The notes below the pieces were generated by a model. It had not been told where the DNA came from, did not search any database, and saw only the letters and a list, made by a program, of their open reading frames with translations. A stretch of DNA of 64,000 nucleotides from the human T2T-CHM13v2.0 reference genome, Homo sapiens. The stretch lies in the NCBI RefSeq assembly GCF_009914755.1, contig NC_060929.1; one strand, given 5' to 3'. Of the stretch, positions 33,430-46,074 are shown piece after piece (the first letter of the stretch is position 1; every line of letters starts with the position of its first letter). A program made the position numbers and the translations under genes.

Positions 33430-33780
33430 AATGTCCATAATTAAGAAAAACTAATGACGGTATGTTTGGGTGGATTTTTAACCGGGTAAATCACCATAAT
33501 TAGAGTGTGGATTAGAGCACTGATGTCAAACAGGAAGGCATTTTCTAGTATCTGGCCGCACAGCCTTGTCCTCAATTGAGTCCCAGTAAATATTTTTACG
33601 TTTGAGTTGGATATGGGCATTGATTGTATTTGAATCAAATTTGCAGATGCTGCAAAGCTGGGATAAGCAATCAACATTTTGTATGATTATTTTAGAATCC
33701 TAAACATTCTCAATGTGTTGCAATAATGGAAATAATTCTAAAAGTTGAAATTTACTAGGAATAAATATAGAGTCCTGGGG
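33430..33780 (+). mobile_element. L3/CR1 reverse-transcriptase fragment
   Basis: 33634-33663 translates IKFADAAKLG, matching the CR1-clade 'KFADDTKLG' motif; followed by AAATTTA..AGG.ATAAAT.TA.AGTCCTG. Confidence 0.7.
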
Positions 33781-33919
33781 AATTGGCTAAATAGTTACTC
33801 AGATGCATTTCAAACCTTGAAATACTATTGTTTGATTCTAAAGGGGAATGAACCTCCTCATATACAAAAGAGTTATGTTTCAGGAGGTGCTATCTATCCT
33901 ACCCCAATTGTGTAGCACA

Positions 33920-35035
33920 GCAGCCCTTTAATATGCCAATTAATCCATATCTCTCTGTCTACACTGTTATTACCTGGTCTAGGTCACCATCAGCTCTAGC
34001 CTGGGACGTTGCAGCATAAAAGATCTTCTGACTCCAATATTGCAACTTTCTTAAGTTTATCCTCCATATTCTCCATGCATAAACCAGAATGAACTTTTAA
34101 AATACAAAAATGTGTGTATCACCCTTCTGCTTAAAACTCACTCAATGTTTTCGCAATATTACTCTCAAAAAAAAAAATTCCTGATAATAGCCCTCACAGT
34201 CTTGCAAGATCAGGCCTTGTCTTTACCTGCAGGCCCACCTAGTGGCAATCGTTCTCCTCAAACCACCCACATCCCCAGGTTCACTCCGCTCTAGCCACAC
34301 TGGCCTTATTTGTTTTCCACAAATATACCAAGCTGGGTTCTAGCAAAAGGTCTTTGACTTTGCTGGTCTCTCTGAATGAAACACCCTTCTCTCATATCTT
34401 GCTATGATCAGCTTAGCCTTGTCATTTTTCTTTATTTTGTTAAAACTATACTGTTTTAATATTTCATTTATTTCATTATGTCCTTATTTTATTTCTCTCA
34501 TTAGAATTTAACTTCTGGGCTGAGATGATGCAGCCATACTATGCAGCTATAAAAAGGAACAAGATCATATCTTTTGCAGGGATATGGATGGAGCTGGCAG
34601 CCATTATTCTCAGCAAACTACTACAGAAACAGAACACAAAATACTGCATATTCTCACTTATAAGTGGGAGGGAAATGATGAGAACACATGAACACGTGTG
34701 GGAAACAACACACACTGGGACCTGTCAGAGGTTGAAGTGGGTACGAGGCAGAGCATCAAAAAGAATAGCTAATGGATGCTGGGCTTAATACCTAGGTGAA
34801 GGAATGATCTTCACAGAAAACCACCATAGCACATGTTTGCCTATGTAACAAATCTGCACATCTTGCACATGTATCCTACAACTTAAAATAAAAGTTGGAA
34901 AAAAAAAAAAAAGAATTTAACTTCTATGAGTTCTAGGAATTTGTATGTAATTCTCTCCTGAATCTCCAGGGTCTGGATAGAACAGTGTCTGGTCCAGAGT
35001 AGAGAGTCAATGTGTATTTGTAGGAAGGATGGAAG
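33920..35035 (+). mobile_element. L2 3' portion, interrupted by an L1PA
   Basis: CACCATCAGCTCTAGCCTGG, CTTCTGCTTAAAAC, CTCTAGCCACACTGGCCTT, degenerate L2 tail. Confidence 0.7.
34517..34911 (+). mobile_element. L1PA10-13-like 3' end with a 14-nt inverted 5' piece
   Basis: AATAGCTAATGGATGCTGGGCTTAATACCTAGGTGA 3'UTR and A-tail; TSD AGAATTTAACTTCT at 34503-34516 and 34912-34925. Confidence 0.92.
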
Positions 35036-36048
35036 AAAGAAAAAAGAGAGAGAGGGAGGGAGGAAAGGAAAAATGAAATTGCCTGTATAGAATGTCTTTA
35101 GAACTGGCCCTATGCCTAGTTCCATAAGAATAATAATTCTATAATGTAAAACTTACAATTGTAAAGGTACACTCATTCTTCAAAAACAGAGAACAGAGAA
35201 TTGAGCTATTTGTTATCTTTTATAGAACTGAACAAAAGTTGCCTTCAAATAAGGTATTTTTCAGGTGTAATTTGTCATTTAGAGCTAAAGTCCAATTAAT
35301 CAAGTTCCTAGTAATGAGACTTGAATTTTCACAAGAGTGAAATTAAAGATCAGTAGAGACAATTACAAACACACACAAATGAAACTATAGTGGACTACTT
35401 CTTTGCCTCCCAGTAAATAAATAGATACATGCACACATACATACACATATTTTCTGCATACTACCCAGGGGATTTGGTATGTGGGGTGTCAGCAAATTTC
35501 AGGTAAGGGTGTTACCAATTTATCTTTGTTAAGTGGTGGCAAATTTAGTCTTGAAATAGGAAAGTTATTCAAAAGAAAGGCTAGGAATTAGTAGCAGCAA
35601 AAAAGTAAAAGTTTAAAGGAGATTTGACCTTCTCATAGAGAAAATATGGGAAGTTCTTGTTCTTTCGTTAAAAATGATATTTTAGTGGTTTGCTGCTTTG
35701 CAGGAGAATGTTCTGTACCTTGTCTGTATCTTCTCCTGTTCAAGTATAAAGAATTGTATGATACTGTCTATATTCTACATGGCTGGAAAGTTCATAATCA
35801 GCAAATAGTGCTTATTTTAACAAGCCAAGCTGAAGGGAGAGGAAAAGCTTTGTTCAGGATATTATAGCTTATAGTATGGTCCTTCAGAGATGTTCACCAT
35901 TAATTATCCAAATCTTTCATCTGCCTGAATTCTTCATTTACCTAGTATTCCTTGTCCTTGGATGAGAAACTTCTGTTGTTACTCTCATTCCTACCCATGC
36001 CACACACATTTTGAGATGTGGGACCATGCCATGGGTGGGGAATTAAGC

Positions 36049-36206
36049 ATATTTCTTGTTCTGCTCTGTGTCCTACACAGTCCAGGACTGTGTTTATTTT
36101 TTGGTTAATTCAACAAACATTTATTGAATATTTCTTGTTCTACTCTGTGTCCTACATAGTCCAGGACTGTGTTTATTTTTTGGTTAATTCAACAAATATT
36201 TATTGA
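36049..36206. repeat. 79-bp tandem duplication (2 copies, 3 mismatches)
   Basis: 36049-36127 versus 36128-36206 by direct comparison. Confidence 0.95.
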
Positions 36207-36920
36207 GCTCCTACTAATTCCTGAGGATGGCACTGACCTAGACAGAAACAGTCACCATCTACATAAAGTTGACAGTTCATCAAGGAAGATAGATATTAAT
36301 CTAATAATTACAAGTATGAGAAGCATTAGGAAGGAGAAAATACAGAGTAGTATGTTAAGACTTAGTCCTCTCTGAGGAAGTGATGTTTAAGCTGGAATCT
36401 GAAGGATCAAGAGGCATTATTAGGATGAAAAGAATGAGAAATGTAGGATGGGGCCAAAGCTAAGTTTACAGGCAAAGAAATAGGTGCTCTATAACCTAGA
36501 GGAAAAGAAGAGGAGCACTTTAAAGGAAATGAAAGACAGAGAGGAAGACAGAGGGAAAAGATTTGAGGCACAAAAGATCATGCCAGGTCCTCTAGTTCGG
36601 ACAGTGGAAAGACTTTGGGGAGCTTTATGCATCAAGTGATTTGGTCAGATTTACTTTTTTTGTGAGAACTTCTCCAGCTGTTCTCCAGAAGTTCTCTAGA
36701 GCTTCCTAATGGGGACTCAACGTGGAAGAAGACAGGCCTAATGAGAGATCATTGTAATACTCCAGGTAGAAGACAAAGGCAGCTCCGTGGACTGCTGAAG
36801 TTAGATCTGGAGATGGGCAGGAAGATGAAAGATTTTTAAGGAAACACTGGAAATGGGTCAGTTTGGAGGGAATGATGAGTCTGCTTTGAGGAACTAGGTG
36901 ATGGTTCACGTGAGATGTCA
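36185..36920 (-). mobile_element. L2 fragment
   Basis: ATTCAACAAATATTTATTGAGC tail; CTCTGAGGAAGTGATGTTTAAGCTG; GGTCAGATTT. Confidence 0.65.
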
Positions 36921-37006
36921 AGCCTGGAAGGCCACTTGGGCCTTTTCAGTCCTATAGTCAAGGACTCACTACCCAAAGAAATAAGTCCAGACTCTTCAAG
37001 CTATCT

Positions 37007-37215
37007 ATGCTGTTTCTCAGCACTATTGATATATAGGGGCAAATAATTTTTTGTTGTGGGTTGTGCCTTGTGCATTATATAATGATGAGCAGAATCCCTG
37101 GTCTTTATCCACAAATGCCAGAAACAGCCCTTGCTCCAAGTTGTAACCACCATAAATATCTCCAGAAATTGCCATATTTCTGGGGGACAAAATTGCCCCT
37201 GGTTGAGAACCACTA
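37007..37215. mobile_element. MER20 (hAT-Charlie)
   Basis: GCACTATTGA...ATAATT.TTTGTTGTGG...AAAATTGCCCCTGGTTGAGAACCACT. Confidence 0.85.
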
Positions 37216-37792
37216 ACCTATGCTAACTCCATCTTACCCATCCACCCCCTTATCACTCTTCCCCCAGACCATCATATTCTTCTCATTATTTCCTATATGT
37301 TTCTAAACAGATTAGGGAGCTTTGTTTAATAACATTGGCTTTGGTATCATAGAGACCTATGTTCAAATGTGAGTTCCATAATTCATCAATTATATGGTCT
37401 CACACAAGTTACTTAACTACTTATGGTTCTTCACTTGTGAAATATGGATAATATCAGTTCCTCCTCATAAGGTCACACTGTCAAGTGATAAATACAAAGC
37501 CTAACCCACTTTAGGTGCTCAACTCATTTTAGTTACTATGAAAATATGCTTGTTAACATATGTAATGTCTTTGTCTGTATCATACCCACATTCAGAAATG
37601 ACACCTACTTCCCTTGACCACTATCCACCCATACAATTCAAATTTAACTTTACCTTTCAAGACGCTCATTGACATTTGCTCCCCATGGAAGACTTCTACC
37701 ATTTACTCTAATATATACTGATTAGTGCCATTTTCAAGCTCCATTAACAGTTAGAGCTCACATTACATAATTTAATGTAATTAAATTACATA

Positions 37793-38130
<338 letters not shown>

Positions 38131-40027
38131 TTACATAGTAATAGCATCTTCCACTTATTTTGTCTGTGAACATTTTCTAACCCCCTAACAGCATATGCAT
38201 TTCTCAGTGATATGGCGATGATATTCTATTGTTGTGGGCAACAATAGATGCTGGGTGGATGCCCATGGATTGAAGTCATCCACATGTGTGGGGAAAGTCA
38301 ACTTATTACACCTAAGCAGCCACATGACCACCCAATGCTGGGGCAGCTGGATTAATATTACCTTATCCTTTGTAATTTTTTTTATGCAATGAATCCCAAT
38401 TTGCATGAAATAGAAATGAATTTCCAGCAGAAGGAGTGAGAGAGTGAGCTCATCTAAGAAACCGACATTTTCTCCTGTGTTTGATGAGAGTGAGAGTTAT
38501 AGGAATTCAAGGTACACAAACAGAGCTGCCACACACCTTCACAAGAGGCTCTGACTGTGAACTAGGACCTAACATGGCTTTGAACTCAGTTAAATTTAAC
38601 TTTTAGATCCACTGTGGAAACCAAGACTTTAACCATTTATTATTATTTAGAAATGGACATGAATGAAATGGAAGACTTGGCTATTGTAAACAAAAAATGT
38701 GACTTTTTTTTCTACCTATATTAAGAGGCTTGCTATAACATTTTTGTTAGCCAAACTCATACATAATAGATGCTCAATAAATATTTACTGAAATAGATTC
38801 TCCAGCTACATGTCTGTGTGGCTTTGGATATGACACAATCTTTCTAGCTTTAGTTTTCCTATCTGTAATATGAAAAGTTGATTCAATAACCAGAAGTTTT
38901 AAACCAAATATCTAGCACTTCATAGAGGTATCTGGAGGCCTACTCTTGGGACTAGAAACTGATTAAGAGATGTTAAGTGACCAGGACTCTGGACTTCAAT
39001 TAGAGAAGCAGATTTTTTTGTTGTCTTTGCTGTTTTATGATTTTATGCTCTGTTCAAAGTTTTGTTTAAATAAAGGAATCAACTTCTCAAAATAAAAAGT
39101 TTCATATCACTGACCTAGATAATCTTTAAAGTTTTTCCAACTGTATTATGTGATCTATGATCTTCATTATGGACAAACAAGAGAAAATGAGCAAAAGGCA
39201 CTTTGTGAGGAATTTAGGTTACATTCAGAAAAGAATTTAACTGGAAAAACTATAACTTACTATAAAATAAGAAAATTAGGCAATTATTTCCCTTAAATAA
39301 TTCAAAGATTGGCTAAAAGCTGCCTTTGTAAATACACATTCTGGGGTAACAAGATCAATTTCACTTAGCCACCAGACATTAGGACCACCTTGAGCATAGC
39401 CCTGAGTCTCTTTTGTGACTCAACCACTGTTTCTGCCCTCAAGATGCTCCCAATCTAATATGAGAGAAAATGCATCTCAAATAACTGAGACACAATTAGA
39501 AAATTATAAATGCTATACAAGATAGAGAATGTACAGAAGAGTGGTATGTGAGATCTGAGAAGGGGCAACTAATTTTTTGAGAGAAAAAATCACAAAATAC
39601 TGAGAAACTGGCTTTTGAGCTTGACCCTGCAGCACTGAAGTGTTATAATTTGGAAATAGGGACATACAGGAAAGGTCATTCAGGTTGAGGAAATACAGTG
39701 AATCAATGATCTGAGGAGAGTGCTCTATTCAGAATGCAGCAGAAAGGCATTTATTAAGGAATTCATCTCTCATTTCTATTCTTTACCAAATATGTCCAAT
39801 TTTCTGTTAAAGCATAAGGCAGAATCACGCTTCCTTGACTCTCAGAGATGATTATGTCATTTGTTTTCACCACAGAGATTTGAGTGGAAGCGAGATTGCA
39901 TTTTTCTTACCTTGGCAACAGTGAAGTTGGCATTGGAGCCTTCCTCAAATTGGTTCTCTGCCTGATGATGCAGAGCTAAAGCCCTTCCTCAGCTAACCCA
40001 TGACAGATATAAGCCGTTGTTGTTTTA

Positions 40028-40485
40028 GAGGGGTGTCCAGCCTTTTGGCTTTTCTGGGCCACATCGAAAGAAGAATTGTCTTGGGCCACACATAAAATAC
40101 ACTAACACTAACGAAAGCTGATGAGCTAAAGAAGAAAATTGCAAAAAACCTCATAATGTTTTTTTTTATTATACTTTAAGTTTTAGGGTACATGTGCACA
40201 ATATGCAGGTTAGTTACATATGTATACATGTGCCATGCTGGTGCGCTGCACCCACTAACTCATCATCTAGCATTAGGTATATCTCCCAATGCTATCCCTC
40301 CCCCCTCCCCCCACCCCACAACAGTCCCCAGAGTGTGATGTTCCCCTTCCTGTGTCCATGTGTTCTCATTGTTCAATTCCCACCTATGAGTGAGAATATA
40401 AAACCTCATAATGTTTTAAGAAAGTTTACAAATTTGTGCTAGGCTGCATTCAAAGCCATCCTGGGCCAAGTGTTAGACAAGCTTG
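40028..40485. mobile_element. MER30 interrupted by L1PA2, itself within an MLT1 fragment
   Basis: AGGGGTGTCCA...AGAAGAATTGTCTTGGGCCACACATAAAATACACTAAC...TTAGACAAGCTTG. Confidence 0.85.
40163..40399 (-). mobile_element. L1PA2-like 3' end (~237 bp)
   Basis: GCTGGTGCGCTGCACCCACTAACTC..CATCTAGCATTAGG..CTCCCAATG (young diagnostics, GAG not ACA); perfect 18-bp TSD AAAACCTCATAATGTTTT at 40145-40162 and 40400-40417. Confidence 0.95.
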
Positions 40486-40524
40486 TTTTAAGGCGTGAAA
40501 TTTAGGGGTTGTTTGTTACCATAG

Positions 40525-41087
40525 GAGGGTAGTTAGAATTCTAAGATGGCACCCATCATTCTTGCCCCGTGGCATCCACACTGTTGTGTAATTTCCTCCC
40601 CTTTAGTAACAACCTACTTGTAACCAACTGAATATGTCAAAGCTGAAATCACTACTGTGATTATATTATAGGATACAAGATTCCATCTTAACAGACTAAA
40701 GTAAGAATTCTCCTACTGGCTTTGAAAAAGTAGGCTTCCATGTTATGATAAGGCCTGCGAGTGAGCCAGAGGTAGAGGAATTGTAGGGGTCCATTGGGAG
40801 CTAAAAGCAACCTGCGGCTGATAGCCACAGAAAAGAATGTCCCTCACCTACAATGGCAAGCAATTGAATTTTGCTTACAGCCATTATGTAAGTTTGGAAG
40901 ACAGCCCTGAATTTCAGAAAGGAAGGCAGTTCCCTACATCTAGATCCTAGTCTGTGAGACCCTGAACAGAGGACCCACTTAAATTATGCCCATAATCTCA
41001 ACCCACAGAAGCTGCAAGATAATAAATATATGTTATTTTAAGCTGATAAGTTGGTGGTCATTTGTTACACATCAACAGAAAGCTAAG
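40525..41087 (+). mobile_element. MLT1E/F-like MaLR LTR
   Basis: AGAATTCTAAGATGGC...TGTGAGACCCTGAACAGAGGACCCA...TTTTAAGCTGATAAGTT.GTGGTCATTTGTTAC. Confidence 0.75.
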
Positions 41088-41881
41088 GGACTTAACATAA
41101 CGTGGCCTCTCCTGATTCAGACAAAAAAGATGGGAATGAAGTCTAGAAAAGTATTCCAGATCTTTTTTTCAGAAGGCCTTAAATGCCCAGCTAGTGAGCC
41201 AGAGCTTTCTTGTGGGGAATGAGAGACTTTGAAGGTATTTGAGTAGAGAGACAGTTTGGTTGGAACAGTGCATTTAAGGGAATGATTTGCAGGCATATGA
41301 ATGAAAAGATAATGTAAAAAGAGATTGCCACAGAGATATATAAGAATCAAGTAAATAGAGAATATTAACTTCTCTTATCAAATTACTCACATGTAGAAAG
41401 TAATCTATTCAGAGAAATTTTGCTGACATTCTTTTTTTTTTAATCAAATATAATGCTGTTTCTACCTGTAATTCTACTTTACATGATTAAAATACCCATG
41501 TCTGCCCCTGGAGTTAAAATGACAAATGTACCCAGTTGCACGCCTCCATGTTTTCACCAGGGGACTGTTCCATTTGTTAATAGGCATTGCTTTTTGCCAG
41601 GAATTTCGTTTTCAGCCCAGAGTAAATTGCCTTTCATCTATACCAAAATTTGAAGCATGTACAAAAGTGGTTTATGTTTTATTTACCACTTGTTCTGGCA
41701 GGGAGATGGTTTTAAGAGAGCTTAGATTCACTTTCTCATGTCACGTGGGCTGCCATATGAAACTGCACTGCAATCTTTTATTTGCCATGCTATAATGCTC
41801 ATGAGAAAAAAAATATTTGGCTTGTGTGAATCTCAATACAAAAAGTACATTTAGAGATGCATCCAAAGTAGCACATTATAA

Positions 41882-42216
<335 letters not shown>

Positions 42217-42289
42217 TAACCTGGCTTATCATAAGTTTTCTGGACTTTGAGGTCACTCTTTTCTTTTAAGCACTATAGCAGACATCTGT

Positions 42290-42760
42290 TGTGCTGAAGC
42301 CCATTGCTTATTCCTCCTACATCTTCATATTTCTTTTAGCAAGTCACCTTCAACCACATTTCTATCTACATAGTTTGGGTGGAACACCATTATAACGTGA
42401 AAGTGACTCTGGTGTAAGGTAATCAAAGTATTCCTTTCTCTAGGTCTACGTAAACTGGCCAAAGAGGGCCTTTTGAAGAAGCTAGTAAAACAACAGGCTC
42501 CTTCTCCCTACCTTACTTGAACTTACATGTATGTAACACCAGAGCTGCTGCCACCATCTTGCCATCATACAGATCTGAAAAAATTGCCAGTATAGGGAAG
42601 ATGAGGAATACAGGTCCTGATGAAAGTGTGTGAGCCTTTAACTCCAACAAAGTCTGATAACAGTTATATCCCTATGTTCAGTTATTTTTATTTATTTGAG
42701 CCAATAAATGCTCTTTTACTATAATCAACAGCTGACTGTGTTTTCTTATACTTGCAACTA
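42290..42760 (+). mobile_element. Old MLT1 LTR
   Basis: AGAGCTGCTGCCACCATCTTGCCATCAT, GGTCCTGATGA, TGAGCCAATAAA, CTTGCAAC. Confidence 0.55.
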
Positions 42761-43764
42761 AGCCACCATTTTATTTTTCTACCAGAATCTTCCTTCTCCC
42801 AAGTGATTTCTGCCAATCTCTGAAGAATACATTCTGAGCACTTTCCCCTTCTATTGATGAACTTTATTTTTGCCTATAGTTGTTTCAGGATTGTGTGTAT
42901 CAGATCTCACCCTATCAGAAGAAAATGTCTATTGCCAGTTGCCCTATCTCCATAATTCTGCTCCAAATGTGCACACAGATCTATTCCTTAATTCCCAAAG
43001 GACAATAATCCACACAAAGCAATTGCAATAGTCAATGTGTTTCCCATGGAAGAATGAATTTACAGACCACATATGGGCAATGTGTTACAGTAGGGCAGAT
43101 TTCAGACTAGCATTTTATACTCTGCTTCATTGAATGAAATTACAAATTTACTGCCAGTTCACTTTGTTCTCCACTAGCACAACCTCAAGATTAAAAAAAA
43201 AAAAACCTCATTAACTGGCTGGTTTCTTTCACTAATAGGAAGCCAACCAGTTATATATAAAAGGAAAGTAAGCTAAATTAATCATTCGCCTCTATCTCTC
43301 TCTCTCTATCTACCAAATCTGTTTGTCTGTGTGTGTGTGCTAATGATGGCAAGAGGTGCTGGGGAGAAAGGTTGTTGGTAGCCTATTCCAAAACCATTCC
43401 TACTCTTTTCTTGCTGTCAGAAAACCCCCACACACAAACATACACACACACAAAGTTATAAATGCCAAGTTCCCAATTTCTCAGTCTCCTTGCAGCTTGG
43501 GCATAGTTCATAACTAACCTTCAATTCGTATATAATGGAGTAAAAAAAAATTGCCTAAAGTTGTTGAATCAAGAAATGTTGTGTTGGCATATTATTTAGA
43601 TATATGAGGAACCACTGGAAAAAAGAAAAATAGAAATAGTTAAGAGAGATTTCCTTTGAGCAGTTCAATAAGGAATAGAAAAAGGCAAGCAGAGGACTGC
43701 AGCTTTTCATTATTAACTCCTGTATATTATTTGATTATTTGCCTTATACATGTACCCCTATGTA

Positions 43765-43797
43765 TACACACACACACACACACACACACACGCACGC
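43765..43797. repeat. (CA)n microsatellite
   Basis: Direct reading. Confidence 0.95.
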
Positions 43798-45628
43798 AGG
43801 CAGCAGCCAGCAGCCATTTCTTGTGGAAGTGACTGCAGTATATCTCTTAATCAGTCTATGCAAAAATGATAGTTGAGCTTTTGAGTGTTAGGTCCTGAAT
43901 TAAAAGCTTTACACAGATAGTCTGACTTAATCCTCAGAGATACACTATGAATTAGTTACTATTATTATTCTTATATTAAAGGCTGGGAGACAGGCTCGTA
44001 AAGGTTAAATAACCTTTTCAAGGTCATGAAGCTAGTTGTTTAGGATAGAAATGAGATTCAAACTGAAAATCCATACCTTAAGTGCTGAGCAATACTGGCT
44101 TCCAGATCATTAAAGATGTCCTACCCTGTCCTCAGGAAAGGCCTTCTTTGAAGCAAGTATCACTTGAACCTCTCCAGATTCTGCCTAATGATTTTATCTG
44201 CAGTGGTGTTGCTCATTTCTTGAGCTATAATAATGAAAATAGAAGGAGTTTAAGATAGCTCACATGCACCCAAATGTCAGCACACAAACACTTTCCTGTG
44301 TTTGAATTTATACAATATGAATGAGTATTCTGGTTGAATTGAATGCCTTGCTATTTTCGATTAGTCACTGAATTTCTTGCTTTTCAGCTCTGTTACACAA
44401 CTTCAGTAAGCCTGCATATATACTATTGAGTAGTTTCATGTAAGCATCAGACAACACTCTTGAAATTTTTTAATCATCGTATGTTAGTAATAGTGGCATA
44501 CATACTGCAAGTTGTCCAGTTAGTACCCGTGTGTATATTAAAAAGAGAAAATGGTGTGTCAAATTGAATCCTCCTAAAAGGTTTTTTTTTTCTTTAGAAA
44601 AAAAGATAGGAATACTCTTTATACTCAAAAATAAATAAACAAATTTTATCTTTTATTTTGTACATTCATTTTCTTTTTCTTTAGCTGAGATGCCATAAAA
44701 ACCATCCAGCTCAACACTGGAAATGAAAATGGATGTTAGAGTGTGATAATGGCTAAGAATAAAAAGAGACTATCCAGAAGTCACAGATATTTCTTACAAA
44801 AAACCGAAAGTAAAAAAAAAAAAATAGTAATAATGTACTGCTCCAAGAAGCCCCACGGCTGACTTAGTTGAGGCATTTTTTCACTTTGCTCAGGGGAAAA
44901 TAAACAACTGATCATCTGCATATTCTCCAGCCCCCTTGCTGGGAGAATCTGGAGATGGTCCTCTTCACTACCCACTGAAAAGTAGCTCTGACCATGAGGT
45001 TCCATGGGGCAAGCCAGCGGCACTCTGCACAAGCAGCAGCAGGAACACCCATCTCAAGCAGGCAAGACACTCAGTGGTCTGGCCTTATCTTTCAGCCTCA
45101 CCTCAGCTCCTACCTCTTCTCCTGTCCACTGGGTTCCAGCCAGGCACAGTCTTTCTTTTCCTCTGACCCCCAAGGTGTCTCTTTTGTAATCACTTTCTTC
45201 AACTTAGAGAGCTTCTTTCCAGGTTCTTTGCATATTCTGGTCACATCTCAAATGTCACCTCCTCAGAGAGACCTTCCAGGACCCCTCTCTGAGGTGCCAG
45301 ACTTCTCCCACACACATATTCTCTATCTCATTTCTATCTCTTATTTTCTTCCCCTAATCTTTCAAAAAAAGATTAAAATAAGACTACGAGGGAAGTTTTT
45401 GTTTTCAAGGCCAAGGATGGTCCTTATTCATTTGGCTTGGGTAATAGATTCTTGGGTCATGAAATGCCAGAGGGTGGGGAATTCAGGACCTGGCTCCAGT
45501 TTATCTTCTGCCGTTCGAGGGCTGTGTGGCTTGCAGTGAGGTTTGATTTATATGTTTGGAGGTGGGGATGGGCAGATGGACTCTGAGAATCTAAACTATC
45601 TACCTTTACACAGCTTACTGACTATAGT

Positions 45629-46074
45629 GATATTGCCTTCACCAGCCTCCTGTCTTCGTCAGCATAGCTTCACTATTCCAGGAAATTTTGCCCAGAAAGA
45701 AAAAAAAAACACAAATAACTTTTTCACTGTAAGAATTTTCTGAAAGACCCATGAACTCTTCAGTAGAAAACATAAGCCAACTCTTTATACCCCAAGATGC
45801 TTCTAATCTCTTACCATAAAATCCTTGCCTTGCTGTGTCTACCAATTCTAAACTATTACATCATGATCCTTACCTAATCCTAATAAAAAAGACCCTAACC
45901 CATTGAAGGACACACTTTAAACCAGACTTCAGAGTCTCAATAAATATTATGAATTTGCTCTTCCCATTCTGAGATGCAATCAAAACTGTCAAGATAATGT
46001 GCTATAACAACAGTAAGTGATGAACTCAGCTTTTACTTATTAACAAGTTGTTCTAATATTTGAGGCAGCCAGCA
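45629..46074 (+). mobile_element. Possible old ERV LTR (LTR37-like)
   Basis: TG...CA-bounded ~450 bp with AATAAA and LTR-like composition; family uncertain. Confidence 0.3.

Noticed and set aside
36049-36206. CRISPR-like palindromic repeat
   Set aside because: Only two contiguous copies, no spacers, no cas genes, and eukaryotic context
44994-45539. 181-aa ORF
   Set aside because: Overlaps L2-like sequence, has no recognisable domain and no exon structure; consistent with chance
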